Assembly (NCBI GenBank): GCA_965203805.1
Contig: OZ241917.1
Span: 96,001 to 160,000 of the forward strand
From: Candidatus Latescibacterota bacterium
GTDB taxonomy: Bacteria; Latescibacterota; UBA2968; GCA-2709665
Direction: 5' to 3'
DNA: 64,000 bases
Shown: piece after piece, positions 1 to 8,902 of the stretch
Position numbering within the stretch: position 1 is the stretch's first letter
How the letters are laid out: each line of letters begins with the position of its first letter
Notes under the pieces: generated by a model
Seen by the model: only the letters and a program-made list of their open reading frames with translations
Told to the model about the DNA's origin: nothing
Databases searched by the model: none
Made by a program: the position numbers and the translations under genes

Positions 1-1461
1 GAGGATGGCGATCGCATGTTGGATTCCCATGATTCCCAGGGCCCACGTTCTGATCGCGGTAAGTGGTGAGATCAGGGCGGCCCCGCCGTTGGCCCGGCGC
101 CGCGTGACCGCGATGAGCAGCGCAACGACGGAACCGAGGATGGCGGACAGGAACAGCACCCGCGGGTTGTCCGCGTTGGAGAAACATTCGGTCCAATAGG
201 AGAAACTGACGAGGGAATTCTTGAGTCGGACCGGCCGGACGCCGGCGTGGTTCCAGGTGTCCACGGCCATACCGAAGACGACGGCGAACACAACGACCAG
301 AACGGGCACGGCGGCGGCCCACCAGGCGGGTTGAACGCCGCCCGCCGCTTTCACGTCCGCGCCTCGGCGCCCCGTCAGGGGAACGGCGCCGGGCCGAAGC
401 ACCCGGCCGGTCGACCGCGCGCGGCGTTCGGCCCTGTACATGGTCCCGTAGTCCCGTTGGAACCACGACGACGTGGCGACGAACAATAGCGTAAACAGGC
501 AGTAGAATCGGACGGGAAGCGCATGGAAGAAGAGCTGATATCCGGAGACACCCGTCCCGAGATCTTGCATGAGGTCTCCGAACAGTCCGACTTCGAAGCC
601 GATCCAGGTGCTGATCACCGCCACGCCCGCAACCGGCGCCGCGGTGGAATCGACGATGTACGCAAGCTTTTCGCGGGAGATCCGGAACCGGTCCGTCGTG
701 GGCCGCAGCGTCGTGCCGACCACGATCGTGTTGGCGTAGTCATCGAAGAATATCGCCAGGCCCATGAGAAACGCGGCAAACCGCGTGGACCTGGCGCTTT
801 CGGCTCTGGCGGCCAGGACCGCGGCGATGCCGGCGTTTCCCCCGGCGAGCGTGGTTACTCGTACCATGCCGATCAGCGCCGCCGTAAAGCCGAGAATGTA
901 AAGCTGGAAGGACGATCTCAGCGGGGTCCAGACGTAATCTACGGCCGCCTTTTCAAGGGCGGCGAAGGGGAGTCCGTACAGTGGAGCGTCAACGGCGGTA
1001 AGCAGGCCGCCTGAGAATACGGCAAGCGCGAGCCCCAAGAGCACGCGACCGCTGATCACAGCCACAAGAATGGCCGCGATCGGTGGAAACAGACTCCAGC
1101 CGTCGACGGGCTTCAGGCGGACCTGCCGATGCACTGCTGCGGTCGCGGCGGTCAGGATCAAACCGTCGCGTTCTTCCCGGCAGGTCACTGTGATTGGGAG
1201 TGAATCGGTCTCGGGGGTTGTTCTCCGCCGGTCCACCTGGTCGAAAGCGGCGCGACAGCGCGTGTCCTGGTTTTCCGCAAGGCGCCACGGGCCGTCGCCC
1301 ACGGCTTTCGCCAGTTCGGGCAGTTCGGTCACGATCTGCTGACGAATGACGCGGTCCCGGTTTTTCGGCAGCACAGCTGCGAAAACGGCCGAAAGCGTCA
1401 GTGCGGCAAGAATCCGCGCTACTGTATAAGTCCTTTTTCCTGCTGCCGTTTTCGGATTCAT
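1..1461 (-). CDS. Na+/H+ antiporter NhaC-family membrane protein (partial, runs off left edge)
   Basis: Not in the ORF track because no stop lies in the window; manual translation from ATG 1461 (MNPKTAAG...) gives GLAIFFDDYANTIVVGTTLRPTTDRFRISREKLAYIVDSTAAP, an NhaC-family signature; same frame is open at base 1. Confidence 0.85.
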   Translation of the reverse strand, partial: MNPKTAAGKRTYTVARILAALTLSAVFAAVLPKNRDRVIRQQIVTELPELAKAVGDGPWRLAENQDTRCRAAFDQVDRRRTTPETDSLPITVTCREERDGLILTAATAAVHRQVRLKPVDGWSLFPPIAAILVAVISGRVLLGLALAVFSGGLLTAVDAPLYGLPFAALEKAAVDYVWTPLRSSFQLYILGFTAALIGMVRVTTLAGGNAGIAAVLAARAESARSTRFAAFLMGLAIFFDDYANTIVVGTTLRPTTDRFRISREKLAYIVDSTAAPVAGVAVISTWIGFEVGLFGDLMQDLGTGVSGYQLFFHALPVRFYCLFTLLFVATSSWFQRDYGTMYRAERRARSTGRVLRPGAVPLTGRRGADVKAAGGVQPAWWAAAVPVLVVVFAVVFGMAVDTWNHAGVRPVRLKNSLVSFSYWTECFSNADNPRVLFLSAILGSVVALLIAVTRRRANGGAALISPLTAIRTWALGIMGIQHAIAIL

Positions 1462-1638
1462 CAGTCGCCTGTCGTTTCTGAGGGTTCGCGAAAAGAGATT
1501 GCGGCGGAGATTCCGGCCCCGGGGATGCACTCATTGGAAAAAGACGTTTCCAATCGGACGATAGCGTCCTATCTTTAAGGTTATCCGCGCCGACGCCCGG
1601 GGTTGGCCGGCGGCGGATACGGCGGGCCGACGCCAATT

Positions 1639-2454
1639 ATGCGATCGAGGAAGGGCGCCGTGGTGCATCGAATTAAAGAACGAACCAACGAAATCCTGGA
1701 TAAGGCGCAGGCGGGCGACCGGACGAGCCGACTGATCGACCTGTTCATCATGGGGCTGATCGTCCTGAACGTCGTGGCGGTCATCCTCGAGACGGTCGAG
1801 GCCGTCCTCGTGTCGTACGGGTGGCTGTTCGAAGTGTTCGACGCCTTTTCGGTGGGTGTGTTTACCATCGAATACCTGATGCGGTTGTGGTCATGTACCG
1901 CCGATGATCGATTTGCCAGGCCCGTACGGGGTCGATTGCGTTATTTCTTTACGCCGCTGGCGCTGGTGGACCTGATCGCGATCCTGCCGTTCTACCTGCC
2001 TCTGGTAACCACCGTCGACCTCCGTGTATTGAGGGCCATGCGGCTGTTGCGGTTGTTCAAGCTCGGACGGTATTCCACCTCGTTGCAGACCCTCGCCAAC
2101 GTGTTGCGGAAGCATAGCGGCGAACTGCTGGTCACCCTGTTCGTTCTGCTGATCATGTTGGTGATCGCGTCTACGCTGATGTACTTTGCGGAAAACAGCG
2201 CCCAGCCCCACGCTTTCTCCAGCATTCCGTCGTCAATGTGGTGGGGCATCGTGACGCTTACGACGGTGGGATACGGAGACACGTACCCTGTGACGGGCGT
2301 GGGAAAGGTGCTCGGCGCGGTAATCGCGCTTCTGGGTATCGGGATGTTCGCCCTCCCGGCCGGCATCCTGGGTTCGGGTTTCGCGGAAGAGATCGACCGG
2401 CGCAAGAAGGAAGGCGGCATCTGTCCGCACTGTGGGCGTGAAATGGAAGAGTGA
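1639..2454 (+). CDS. Voltage-gated-type K+ channel / ion transporter (6TM)
   Basis: S4-like LRVLRAMRLLRLFKLGR, selectivity filter TTVGYGD, C-terminal CPHCG; start could be GTG at 1660/1663. Confidence 0.9.
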   Translation: MRSRKGAVVHRIKERTNEILDKAQAGDRTSRLIDLFIMGLIVLNVVAVILETVEAVLVSYGWLFEVFDAFSVGVFTIEYLMRLWSCTADDRFARPVRGRLRYFFTPLALVDLIAILPFYLPLVTTVDLRVLRAMRLLRLFKLGRYSTSLQTLANVLRKHSGELLVTLFVLLIMLVIASTLMYFAENSAQPHAFSSIPSSMWWGIVTLTTVGYGDTYPVTGVGKVLGAVIALLGIGMFALPAGILGSGFAEEIDRRKKEGGICPHCGREMEE

Positions 2455-2495
2455 TCCGGCGTTTGTCCGGACGAACCAGCAAAGGAGCGACACGG

Positions 2496-3293
2496 ATGGA
2501 ATTGACGGTTGGATGTACGACGCGGCCTTACGGCCAACTGAGTTACAGCGAAGCGTACAGCCGGATTGCCGAGGCCGGTTATTCGGACGTGGCTGTATTT
2601 GCCAATGACGGGCAGGTTCCGGTGGGACCGGACAGCTCTCCCGCAGAGGTTACGGGCGTGCGCGACGCGGCGGAAGCCGCCGGCGTCGTTCCGTCGATGC
2701 TCATCGGCGGCACCCGGCTGGGCGAGGGCCTCCACGCGGCGGTGGACGACTACAAGCGACTGATCGACAACGCGGCCGCGCTGGGCGCGACCTGGCTGCT
2801 GGATTGCGGTACGAGCAACGAAGCCCACTTCGACGACTATTTCGAGCTGATGCGGCAGGCCGCGCCCCACGCTCACGAGGTCGGTGTGAACATAACCATG
2901 AAACCCCACGGGGGGATCAGCCTCACGGTATCGCACCTGCTTGCGGCCAACCGGGACGTGAACCACGCGGCGTTCGGTATCTGTTTCGATCCGGGAAATA
3001 TCATCTACTATACAAAGGGTGACCTGCGGCCCGAGACGGACGTGTCGGAAGTGGCGCCGGTGGTGACGACGGGGATCATCAAGGACTGTTCGGTGATCGA
3101 CGGGGCGCCGGACGTGATGGTGACGCCGGGCGACGGACTCGTGGATTTCCATTCGGTGCTGTCCGGACTGGTCGGCGGCGGATTCGGCGGGCCGCTCTAC
3201 GTGGAATGCGTGGGAGGCAAGGAGCCGGACGAGGTGGACAGGGACGTGGCGTTTACACGAGGTTACGTGGAGGGGATCCTGTCCGGGCTGTAG
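2496..3293 (+). CDS. Sugar phosphate isomerase/epimerase (xylose isomerase-like TIM barrel)
   Basis: FDPGN, KD and PGDGLVDF...LYVE motifs; AAAGGAG RBS before ATG 2496. Confidence 0.75.
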   Translation: MELTVGCTTRPYGQLSYSEAYSRIAEAGYSDVAVFANDGQVPVGPDSSPAEVTGVRDAAEAAGVVPSMLIGGTRLGEGLHAAVDDYKRLIDNAAALGATWLLDCGTSNEAHFDDYFELMRQAAPHAHEVGVNITMKPHGGISLTVSHLLAANRDVNHAAFGICFDPGNIIYYTKGDLRPETDVSEVAPVVTTGIIKDCSVIDGAPDVMVTPGDGLVDFHSVLSGLVGGGFGGPLYVECVGGKEPDEVDRDVAFTRGYVEGILSGL

Positions 3294-3309
3294 CGCTGCC
3301 TCGGACGGT

Positions 3310-3693
3310 TCAGGCCAGCACCGCGGTGACTTCGATTTCAACCTGCGCCCCGGCAGGGAGGGCAACCACCTGTACACAGCTCCGTCCGGGCGGGTCGGTC
3401 GGGAAGTATCCCGCGTATACGGCGTTCATTTCGGCGAATTCCGAAATATCCGTCATGTAGACAACCGTCCGCACCACGTGCTCCATCGTCGCGCCGGCCG
3501 CGTCCAGGATCGCCACGACGTTGTCGAGCGTCTGCCGGGTTTCCGCAGCAATGCCGCCGCCGACGATTTCGCCGGTTGCGGGGTCGATGCCCTTTTCGCC
3601 GGCCACAAAGATCAACTCGCCGGTTTTGATGGCCTGCGAATAGGGACCCACGGGAAGCGCTGCCTTATCGGTGGTGATCACCTCTTTTTTCAT
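3310..3693 (-). CDS. RidA/YjgF/UK114 family enamine deaminase
   Basis: GPYSQA, MNAVYAGYF, PPGRSCV, LPAGAQVEIE motifs. Confidence 0.9.
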   Translation of the reverse strand: MKKEVITTDKAALPVGPYSQAIKTGELIFVAGEKGIDPATGEIVGGGIAAETRQTLDNVVAILDAAGATMEHVVRTVVYMTDISEFAEMNAVYAGYFPTDPPGRSCVQVVALPAGAQVEIEVTAVLA

Positions 3694-3709
3694 GACGCGA
3701 TATCTCCAT

Positions 3710-3850
3710 TTAATCTCGATCCGTCATTTTTCGGGGACGTTAGTTCGAGAATATACAAGTGGATAAAGGCGATTTGACATTGGATTTCCAGGAACCTTCA
3801 GGTCACTGGACGCGAACGGAAAAAATGCGCTTCCGGACGACGTTTTCGGC
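3710..3850 (-). mobile_element. MITE-like dispersed repeat family A, diverged inverted copy
   Basis: Reverse complement aligns with 8202-8402 and 18334-18532 (core TTTTTTCCGTTC.CGTCCAGTGACCTGAAGG...AACGTCCCCGAA). Confidence 0.75.
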
Positions 3851-4266
3851 GCGGTGAGCAAATAACTGCAGGGTCACCGCGTTACGACACACGCCGCTTT
3901 GTACGGATGCTTTTTGTGCCCAATTTTTCGGGTTCCTTTTTTCGAATTGAGGTTATTACGGGGAGCACCGTATTGTTTACATCCTCCCACTCTTCTTTGG
4001 TTGGATCTGGATGTCGACTATTTGCTGCTCCTGAAAATAAATGGAAGCTGACAACTGCTCTTCCTGACCACTGACCACTGTCCACTATTTACTGCTCCTG
4101 GTAATAATTATTCGGGACGTACAGTGTAAGTGGTGAGAAGGTGGTAGACACTTTCACGGTCGTGGTCGTTCTTGATAACGTCTGGAACCCGGATTGTCAA
4201 GGAGAACCCCCACTCGGCCGGCGGAGACATTTGTCGCGCCGGTGAGCGGAACGAGGGAATGCGCGT

Positions 4267-4692
4267 ATGGGTATCGAATCTCGTGACGTCAGACGACTGG
4301 AGTTGCCAAGTTGCGTAGAGTCGCTTCATGAGGTGGTCGACGCCGCGGCACAGGTCACGGCCGATCTGGCGATGAGCGAGGATGCCTGCGACGAGGTGGC
4401 GATCGCGCTGACGGAGGCCGTCAACAACGCTATTTTCCACGGCAACGGGGGGGTGCGGGAGCGTTCGTTCACCGTCGAATTCGCAGTTTCAGACGGGATG
4501 TTGCGCATCGCGGTCCGGGACCAGGGGCCCGGATTCGACCCGGCCGGCGTTCCGGACCCGCTTGCAGAGGAGAACCTGTTGAATCCGTCCGGACGCGGCC
4601 TGCTGATGATGCGCGCCATGGTGGACGACGTCGCACACCAGTTTTTCGAGACCGGGACCCAGGTGGTTCTTTGTAAACGCATCGCATCCTGA
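4267..4692 (+). CDS. Anti-sigma factor Ser/Thr kinase (RsbW-like, HATPase_c)
   Basis: EAVNNAIFHGN, DQGPGFD and GRGLLMM motifs. Confidence 0.85.
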   Translation: MGIESRDVRRLELPSCVESLHEVVDAAAQVTADLAMSEDACDEVAIALTEAVNNAIFHGNGGVRERSFTVEFAVSDGMLRIAVRDQGPGFDPAGVPDPLAEENLLNPSGRGLLMMRAMVDDVAHQFFETGTQVVLCKRIAS

Positions 4693-4709
4693 CCGCCGGA
4701 GAGAGCGCT

Positions 4710-5783
4710 ATGCGAATCGAAAGGATCGAGACCGTATTGCTTGCGTGTCCATGGGGGCCGGCCGAGCGTGGAGTGACGCGGACGTGGCCCCTTCATTATG
4801 TCAGGGCCGACAACGGGCTCGTAGGTATCGGGAGAGGTGGCAACGCGGAATTGATCGAACGTGAATTCGCGCCGCTGCTCGTTGGCGAAGACCCGCGCCG
4901 CCCGGCGCTGCTCTGGCAGCGGATGTACGATCACGCGTGGCGCTTTCGCGGGCCCGGCCGGGCCGCGATGGGGACGATCGGCGCCCTGGACGTGGCGATC
5001 TGGGACCTGTACGGCAGGGCCTGCGGCGAGCCGGTCTGGCGGTTGCTGGGCGGGTTCCGGAACCGGGTGACCGCGTACGCGGACGGAATCGGCTACGAGC
5101 ATCAGAACGCGGAAGAGGTTGCCGCCCTGGTCAGGAAACACGCGGACCTCGGATTCAAGGCCGTGAAGTTCCATCTGTCGGATGACGATCGCGAACTCGC
5201 GTTCGATAAGGTCCGGCTGTCGCGCGAGGCACTGGGCGGTGGTCCGAGGCTGATGATCGACATCCACCGGATGTGGGAGGGGAAGACGGCCGCGGAAATG
5301 GCGCGCCGGTTCGAACCCTACAACCTGTATTGGATCGAGGAGCCCGTACGGGGCGACGACGAAGCGGCGCATATGCGAATGGTCCGCGAGGCGACGAGCG
5401 CGCTGGTCGCCGGCGGCGAGAGCGAAGGAACACTCTACGGGACCCGCCACCTGATCGAAGAGGGCGGGCTCCAGGTGGTGCAGTCGGATATCATCGGCGG
5501 CGGCGGGTTTACGGGACTGACGCGGATGGCTGCGCTGGCCGAGGCGCACCACGTGTACGTGGCGCCGCACGGAGCGTCGTTTCCGGAGATCAACTGCCAC
5601 CTGGTCGCCGCGGTCCCCAACGGGCTGATGGTCTCCGCCTGCCCGCCCACCGAGCCGTACCAGATCTGGTCGAAACTCTACGATCCTCCCTTCCCAATCA
5701 TCGATGGGGAGATCCATATGGGAGACGAACCCGGCCTCGGCCTCACCGTCGATGAGGATTTCGTGGAAGCACATCGGGTGTGA
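4710..5783 (+). CDS. Mandelate racemase/muconate lactonizing enzyme family (enolase superfamily)
   Basis: ALDVAIWDLYG, WIEEP, AGGE and PGLG motifs. Confidence 0.9.
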   Translation: MRIERIETVLLACPWGPAERGVTRTWPLHYVRADNGLVGIGRGGNAELIEREFAPLLVGEDPRRPALLWQRMYDHAWRFRGPGRAAMGTIGALDVAIWDLYGRACGEPVWRLLGGFRNRVTAYADGIGYEHQNAEEVAALVRKHADLGFKAVKFHLSDDDRELAFDKVRLSREALGGGPRLMIDIHRMWEGKTAAEMARRFEPYNLYWIEEPVRGDDEAAHMRMVREATSALVAGGESEGTLYGTRHLIEEGGLQVVQSDIIGGGGFTGLTRMAALAEAHHVYVAPHGASFPEINCHLVAAVPNGLMVSACPPTEPYQIWSKLYDPPFPIIDGEIHMGDEPGLGLTVDEDFVEAHRV

Positions 5784-5821
5784 CAATGCTCCCGCTTTGG
5801 GAAGACCCTGGTGGAAAATGG

Positions 5822-6061
5822 ATGAAGCGAAAGGTGACACCAAAACTCCAGACGGCTCATGATGTTTGGCCCAGACTGACGCCTGTCGTCTTCGTCCCTC
5901 ACGCGGAGACCGAATATCAACGGCTTGTAACTGTTTTGGACGAATTGATCGACGTGGTCGGCGAGGATGACGGCCATCCCCTGGCGTCACTCATGGAAGT
6001 CATCGGCGTGCTGATCGAAAAGTATGAAGACGAAAACGTCCCGGAGTTGATGGAAATTTAG
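5822..6061 (+). CDS. HigA-like antitoxin N-terminal-domain protein (no HTH, no toxin)
   Basis: EYQRLVTVLDELID...HPLASLMEVIGVLIEKYE resembles the HigA N-terminal region; start uncertain. Confidence 0.6.
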   Translation: MKRKVTPKLQTAHDVWPRLTPVVFVPHAETEYQRLVTVLDELIDVVGEDDGHPLASLMEVIGVLIEKYEDENVPELMEI

Positions 6062-6225
6062 CCGTTGGTTGGCGGCAAGATCGGAAGTGGCGAATTCTCG
6101 ACGTTGAAATTTCGGAGTGAGTTTGCCGATACATTCTGCGGCGTCCATCGCCGTGGACGAGTATCCGTTCAGATCGTGTCGTCTCTGGAGGTCGGGGCGT
6201 CGCAGCAATAATCGTGAGTAAGGAC

Positions 6226-6441
6226 ATGAGCCGGTATCTGATCGTCATCGAAGTCTCGGAAACCGGGTTTTCGGCATATTCTCCCGATCTACCAGGATGC
6301 GTGTCCACCGGCGCCACGAGGCAGGAAGTGGAAGCGAACATGAAGGAGGCAATGGAATTCCACCTCGATGGAATGAAACAGGAACGCTTTCCGATTCCCG
6401 AACCAACCTCGGATTCGATGTACGTTGAGATTGCATCATAG
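6226..6441 (+). CDS. HicB-family antitoxin (orphan)
   Basis: YLIVIE..GFSAYSPDLPGCVSTGATRQE..NMKEAMEFHL; AAGGA RBS. Confidence 0.85.
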   Translation: MSRYLIVIEVSETGFSAYSPDLPGCVSTGATRQEVEANMKEAMEFHLDGMKQERFPIPEPTSDSMYVEIAS

Positions 6442-6493
6442 GTTCATTTTGCTGTGTACTCCACCTGGCGTTCATTACAATCGGGTCTGCGAA

Positions 6494-6694
6494 ATGTCGA
6501 GAATAACGGAGATACAGCGAGCAATCATGGATCTTCCAGAATCTGATTATCTTGAATTAAGACAATGGTTTAATGAATTGGACTGGACGAAATGGGACCG
6601 ACAGATTGAAGCAGATTCAAGAGCAGGCAAGTTGGACTTCTTGATTTCAGAAGCCCTCGATGAGAAGGAAAAGGGTCGACTCAAGAAAATCTAG
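6494..6694 (+). CDS. Small hypothetical protein, putative antitoxin
   Basis: 66 aa with WDRQIEADSRAGKLDFL motif, which I recall from small proteins encoded upstream of RelE/ParE-like toxins. Confidence 0.6.
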   Translation: MSRITEIQRAIMDLPESDYLELRQWFNELDWTKWDRQIEADSRAGKLDFLISEALDEKEKGRLKKI

Positions 6695-6728
6695 ATGCAT
6701 CGGACAGACACCACGCTTCAAACGCTGA
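6695..6728 (+). pseudogene. Remnant of a RelE/ParE-like toxin N-terminus
   Basis: ATG directly after the upstream stop reads MHRT, then after a 1-nt shift TPRFKR-stop. Confidence 0.35.
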
Positions 6729-6743
6729 TAGAAGGAGCGCGGT

Positions 6744-7028
6744 ATGCTGCGCGACTTGGTTTATGCGACCTACCAGGGTGGCTGTCGAATAAAACTGGAG
6801 TTCGATGACGGCCGGCGGGGTACCGTCGACTTCTCGAAATACCTGGAGAGGCGAGGTGTATTCGAGCAATTCCGGAATCTCGAGTTCTTTCGGAATTTCA
6901 CCGTTAACGAAGAGCTTGGAGTACTTACGTGGGGAAACGAAATTGACATCGCACCGGAGACTCTGTATGCAGTGGCGACGGGTACCCGGCTTCCTCGTTG
7001 GATGAATCCTGACCGAGGTAAACAATAG
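6744..7028 (+). CDS. DUF2442 domain protein (putative antitoxin, DUF4160 partner absent)
   Basis: IKLEFDDG...VDF...LTWGNEIDIAPETLY pattern; AAGGAG RBS. Confidence 0.8.
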   Translation: MLRDLVYATYQGGCRIKLEFDDGRRGTVDFSKYLERRGVFEQFRNLEFFRNFTVNEELGVLTWGNEIDIAPETLYAVATGTRLPRWMNPDRGKQ

Positions 7029-7134
7029 GCCTACGCTCCGACCACAAAACGCTCATCTTTCGGTGAATGGACGCAAAACCGCCTGACAACGTGGACAACG
7101 ATCGAGACATTCATCTAAGTTGGAAGGGATCCTG

Positions 7135-7332
7135 GTGCCGCCGAAGGTGAGGGAATTGGTCGCAGAACTCGTGCGGGCTGGATTTGTGGATAGGGGCGGC
7201 AAGGGTAACCACAGGAACTTTGTACACCCGAACCTTAATAGACCGGTAACTATCTCGGGTAATTCGGGTGACGACGCCAGGCATTACCAGATTCGTGCCG
7301 TACGATTGGCAATCGAGGAGTCAGACAAATGA
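7135..7332 (+). CDS. hicA: HicA-family mRNA interferase toxin
   Basis: KVRELVAELVRAGF..GGKGNHRNFVHP; overlaps downstream hicB by 4 nt. Confidence 0.85.
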   Translation: MPPKVRELVAELVRAGFVDRGGKGNHRNFVHPNLNRPVTISGNSGDDARHYQIRAVRLAIEESDK

Positions 7333-7553
7333 AAGCCAGCGCCAGGTACGCAAAGATTGTCGAATGGTCGGAGGAGGACGGATGTTATGTCGGAAGCGCG
7401 CCCGGTCTGATCTACGGTGGCTGCCACGGAGACGATGAACGGGCTGTCTTCGATCACCTTTGCCAGATTGTCGAGGAGGCGATCGCAATATACCGGAAGG
7501 ACGGGAAGCCTCTGCCCCCCGCGACGTCGACCGTCGAATTGGCAGGCCGTTGA
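7329..7553 (+). CDS. hicB: HicB-family antitoxin
   Basis: IVEWSEEDGCYVGSAPGL...CHGDDE...GKPLP; coupled to hicA. Confidence 0.85.
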   Translation: MKASARYAKIVEWSEEDGCYVGSAPGLIYGGCHGDDERAVFDHLCQIVEEAIAIYRKDGKPLPPATSTVELAGR

Positions 7554-7638
7554 GACACGAATATGCGCTCCGTGAAAGAGATTTTCCCCAACATCCTTTT
7601 GAAATCGACCTGAGATCAACGATGCGGAGTCTTCGCAA

Positions 7639-8199
7639 ATGAGGCGACCCGGCCAGTTGGAGCGCGCTGAATTGAGCGAGGAGCAGGCGCGCATTTACGA
7701 TGCGATCCTTGAGTCGCGGGGCAGTATCGCGGGGCCGTTCGGCGTCTGGCTGCACAGCCCCGAATTGGCTGACCGCGCCCAGAGCCTGGGCGAATTCGTA
7801 CGCTACCGGACGAGCATGGCGCCGAGACTCAGCGAACTGGCCATCCTCGTAACGGCGCGATTCTGGGACTGCCAGGTGGAGTGGTCCCTGCACGAACCGT
7901 TCGCCGTCGATAGCGGATTGAGTCAGGATATCATCGACGCGGTCCGGCACGGACGGGCGCCCGATTTCGGCCGCGACGATGAACGCGCCGTTTTCGACTA
8001 CGTCAGCGAATTGCTTGGGAAGCACGTTGTTCTGGATGGCGTATTCAACGCGGCGCAGAAAGCGCTCGGTAAGACCGGCGTTGTAGAACTCACGGGGATC
8101 GTCGGCTATTACAGCTTGGTGGCGCAGACCCTGAATGCGTTTCAGGTCCCGGTTCCGAAGGGTTGCACGCCAACGCTTGTTGACTGCACCACATTCTGA
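7639..8199 (+). CDS. Carboxymuconolactone decarboxylase (AhpD/CMD) family protein
   Basis: GPFGVWLHSPEL...ELAILVTARFW..VEWSLH, VELTGIVGYY. Confidence 0.85.
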   Translation: MRRPGQLERAELSEEQARIYDAILESRGSIAGPFGVWLHSPELADRAQSLGEFVRYRTSMAPRLSELAILVTARFWDCQVEWSLHEPFAVDSGLSQDIIDAVRHGRAPDFGRDDERAVFDYVSELLGKHVVLDGVFNAAQKALGKTGVVELTGIVGYYSLVAQTLNAFQVPVPKGCTPTLVDCTTF

Positions 8200-8201
8200 C
8201 G

Positions 8202-8402
8202 TTAGCCTTAATGCGACAAAATCAGCAACGCGGCGTCACGACAAGACGTTTCGAATTGAGCCGAAAAAGGTCGTTCCGGAAGGACATTTTTTCCGTTCAC
8301 GTCCAGTGACCTGAAGGATCATAGAAATCAGCAGTTAAATCACCTTTATTCACTTGCACATATTCGAATTAATGTCCCCGAATAATGACGAATCAAGGTT
8401 AA
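8202..8402 (+). mobile_element. MITE-like dispersed repeat family A, full-length (~200 bp)
   Basis: Near-identical to 18334-18532; imperfect terminal inverted repeat TTAGCCTTAA...TCAAGGTTAA; no transposase ORF. Confidence 0.8.
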
Positions 8403-8624
8403 ATGCCGGAGAAGCAGATATCAGATTGTAATTTCGACCGCGCCTCCCGCCGGAACGAAGCAGACGCCACTGGAAGGATCGAACTTTCTGATACTGCATT
8501 GTTGAGTGAACCCTCACTCGCTGACGACTGGAATCGTCCGGAAGAGGATGCCGCATGGGCACACCTGCAAGGGGGGTAGTCGGCTTCGTGTCGATTCACC
8601 GCTGTCCAGGGCAGAAACAGAATT

Positions 8625-8875
8625 CCCTTTGTGTTTTTGTGCCTTTTGTGGCAAATGCCTTTGTCGCGCTTTTTGGTTTTTCCTCGTTCTCTCGTGCTAA
8701 TATCGTGCCTTTCGTGTGTTTCGTAGTTTCTGATGTTGGTTTTCTCGCGCCTTTGTCGTGTTTTTCGGTTTCGTGCTTTTTTCGCGTTTTTTCGTGTATT
8801 TCGTAGTTTTCGATGTTCGTTTTCTCGCGCTTTTTGGTTTTCATCCTGTCCCATCCTGTCTATCCATGTAAGTTT
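8625..8875 (+). repeat. Degenerate T-rich array of ~80-bp units built from 9-bp-period modules
   Basis: TCGCGC anchors at 8664, 8745, 8825; TTTGTG x3, TTCGTG x3 and ATCCTG-ATCCTG-ATCCATG modules; homologous to 38040-38240 and 38585-38675. Confidence 0.7.
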
Positions 8876-8902
8876 CTTTTTTTTCTCAATTAATAAGGCC
8901 TG

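Noticed and set aside
1462-1638. Na+/Li+ or c-di-AMP riboswitch ahead of the antiporter or K+ channel
   Set aside because: No recognisable consensus by eye; would need an Rfam cmsearch
5800-7600. Integron cassette array
   Set aside because: Small co-oriented genes, but I found no convincing attC structures and no integrase
8625-8875. CRISPR array
   Set aside because: No constant repeat with unique spacers, units too degenerate, and no cas genes in the window
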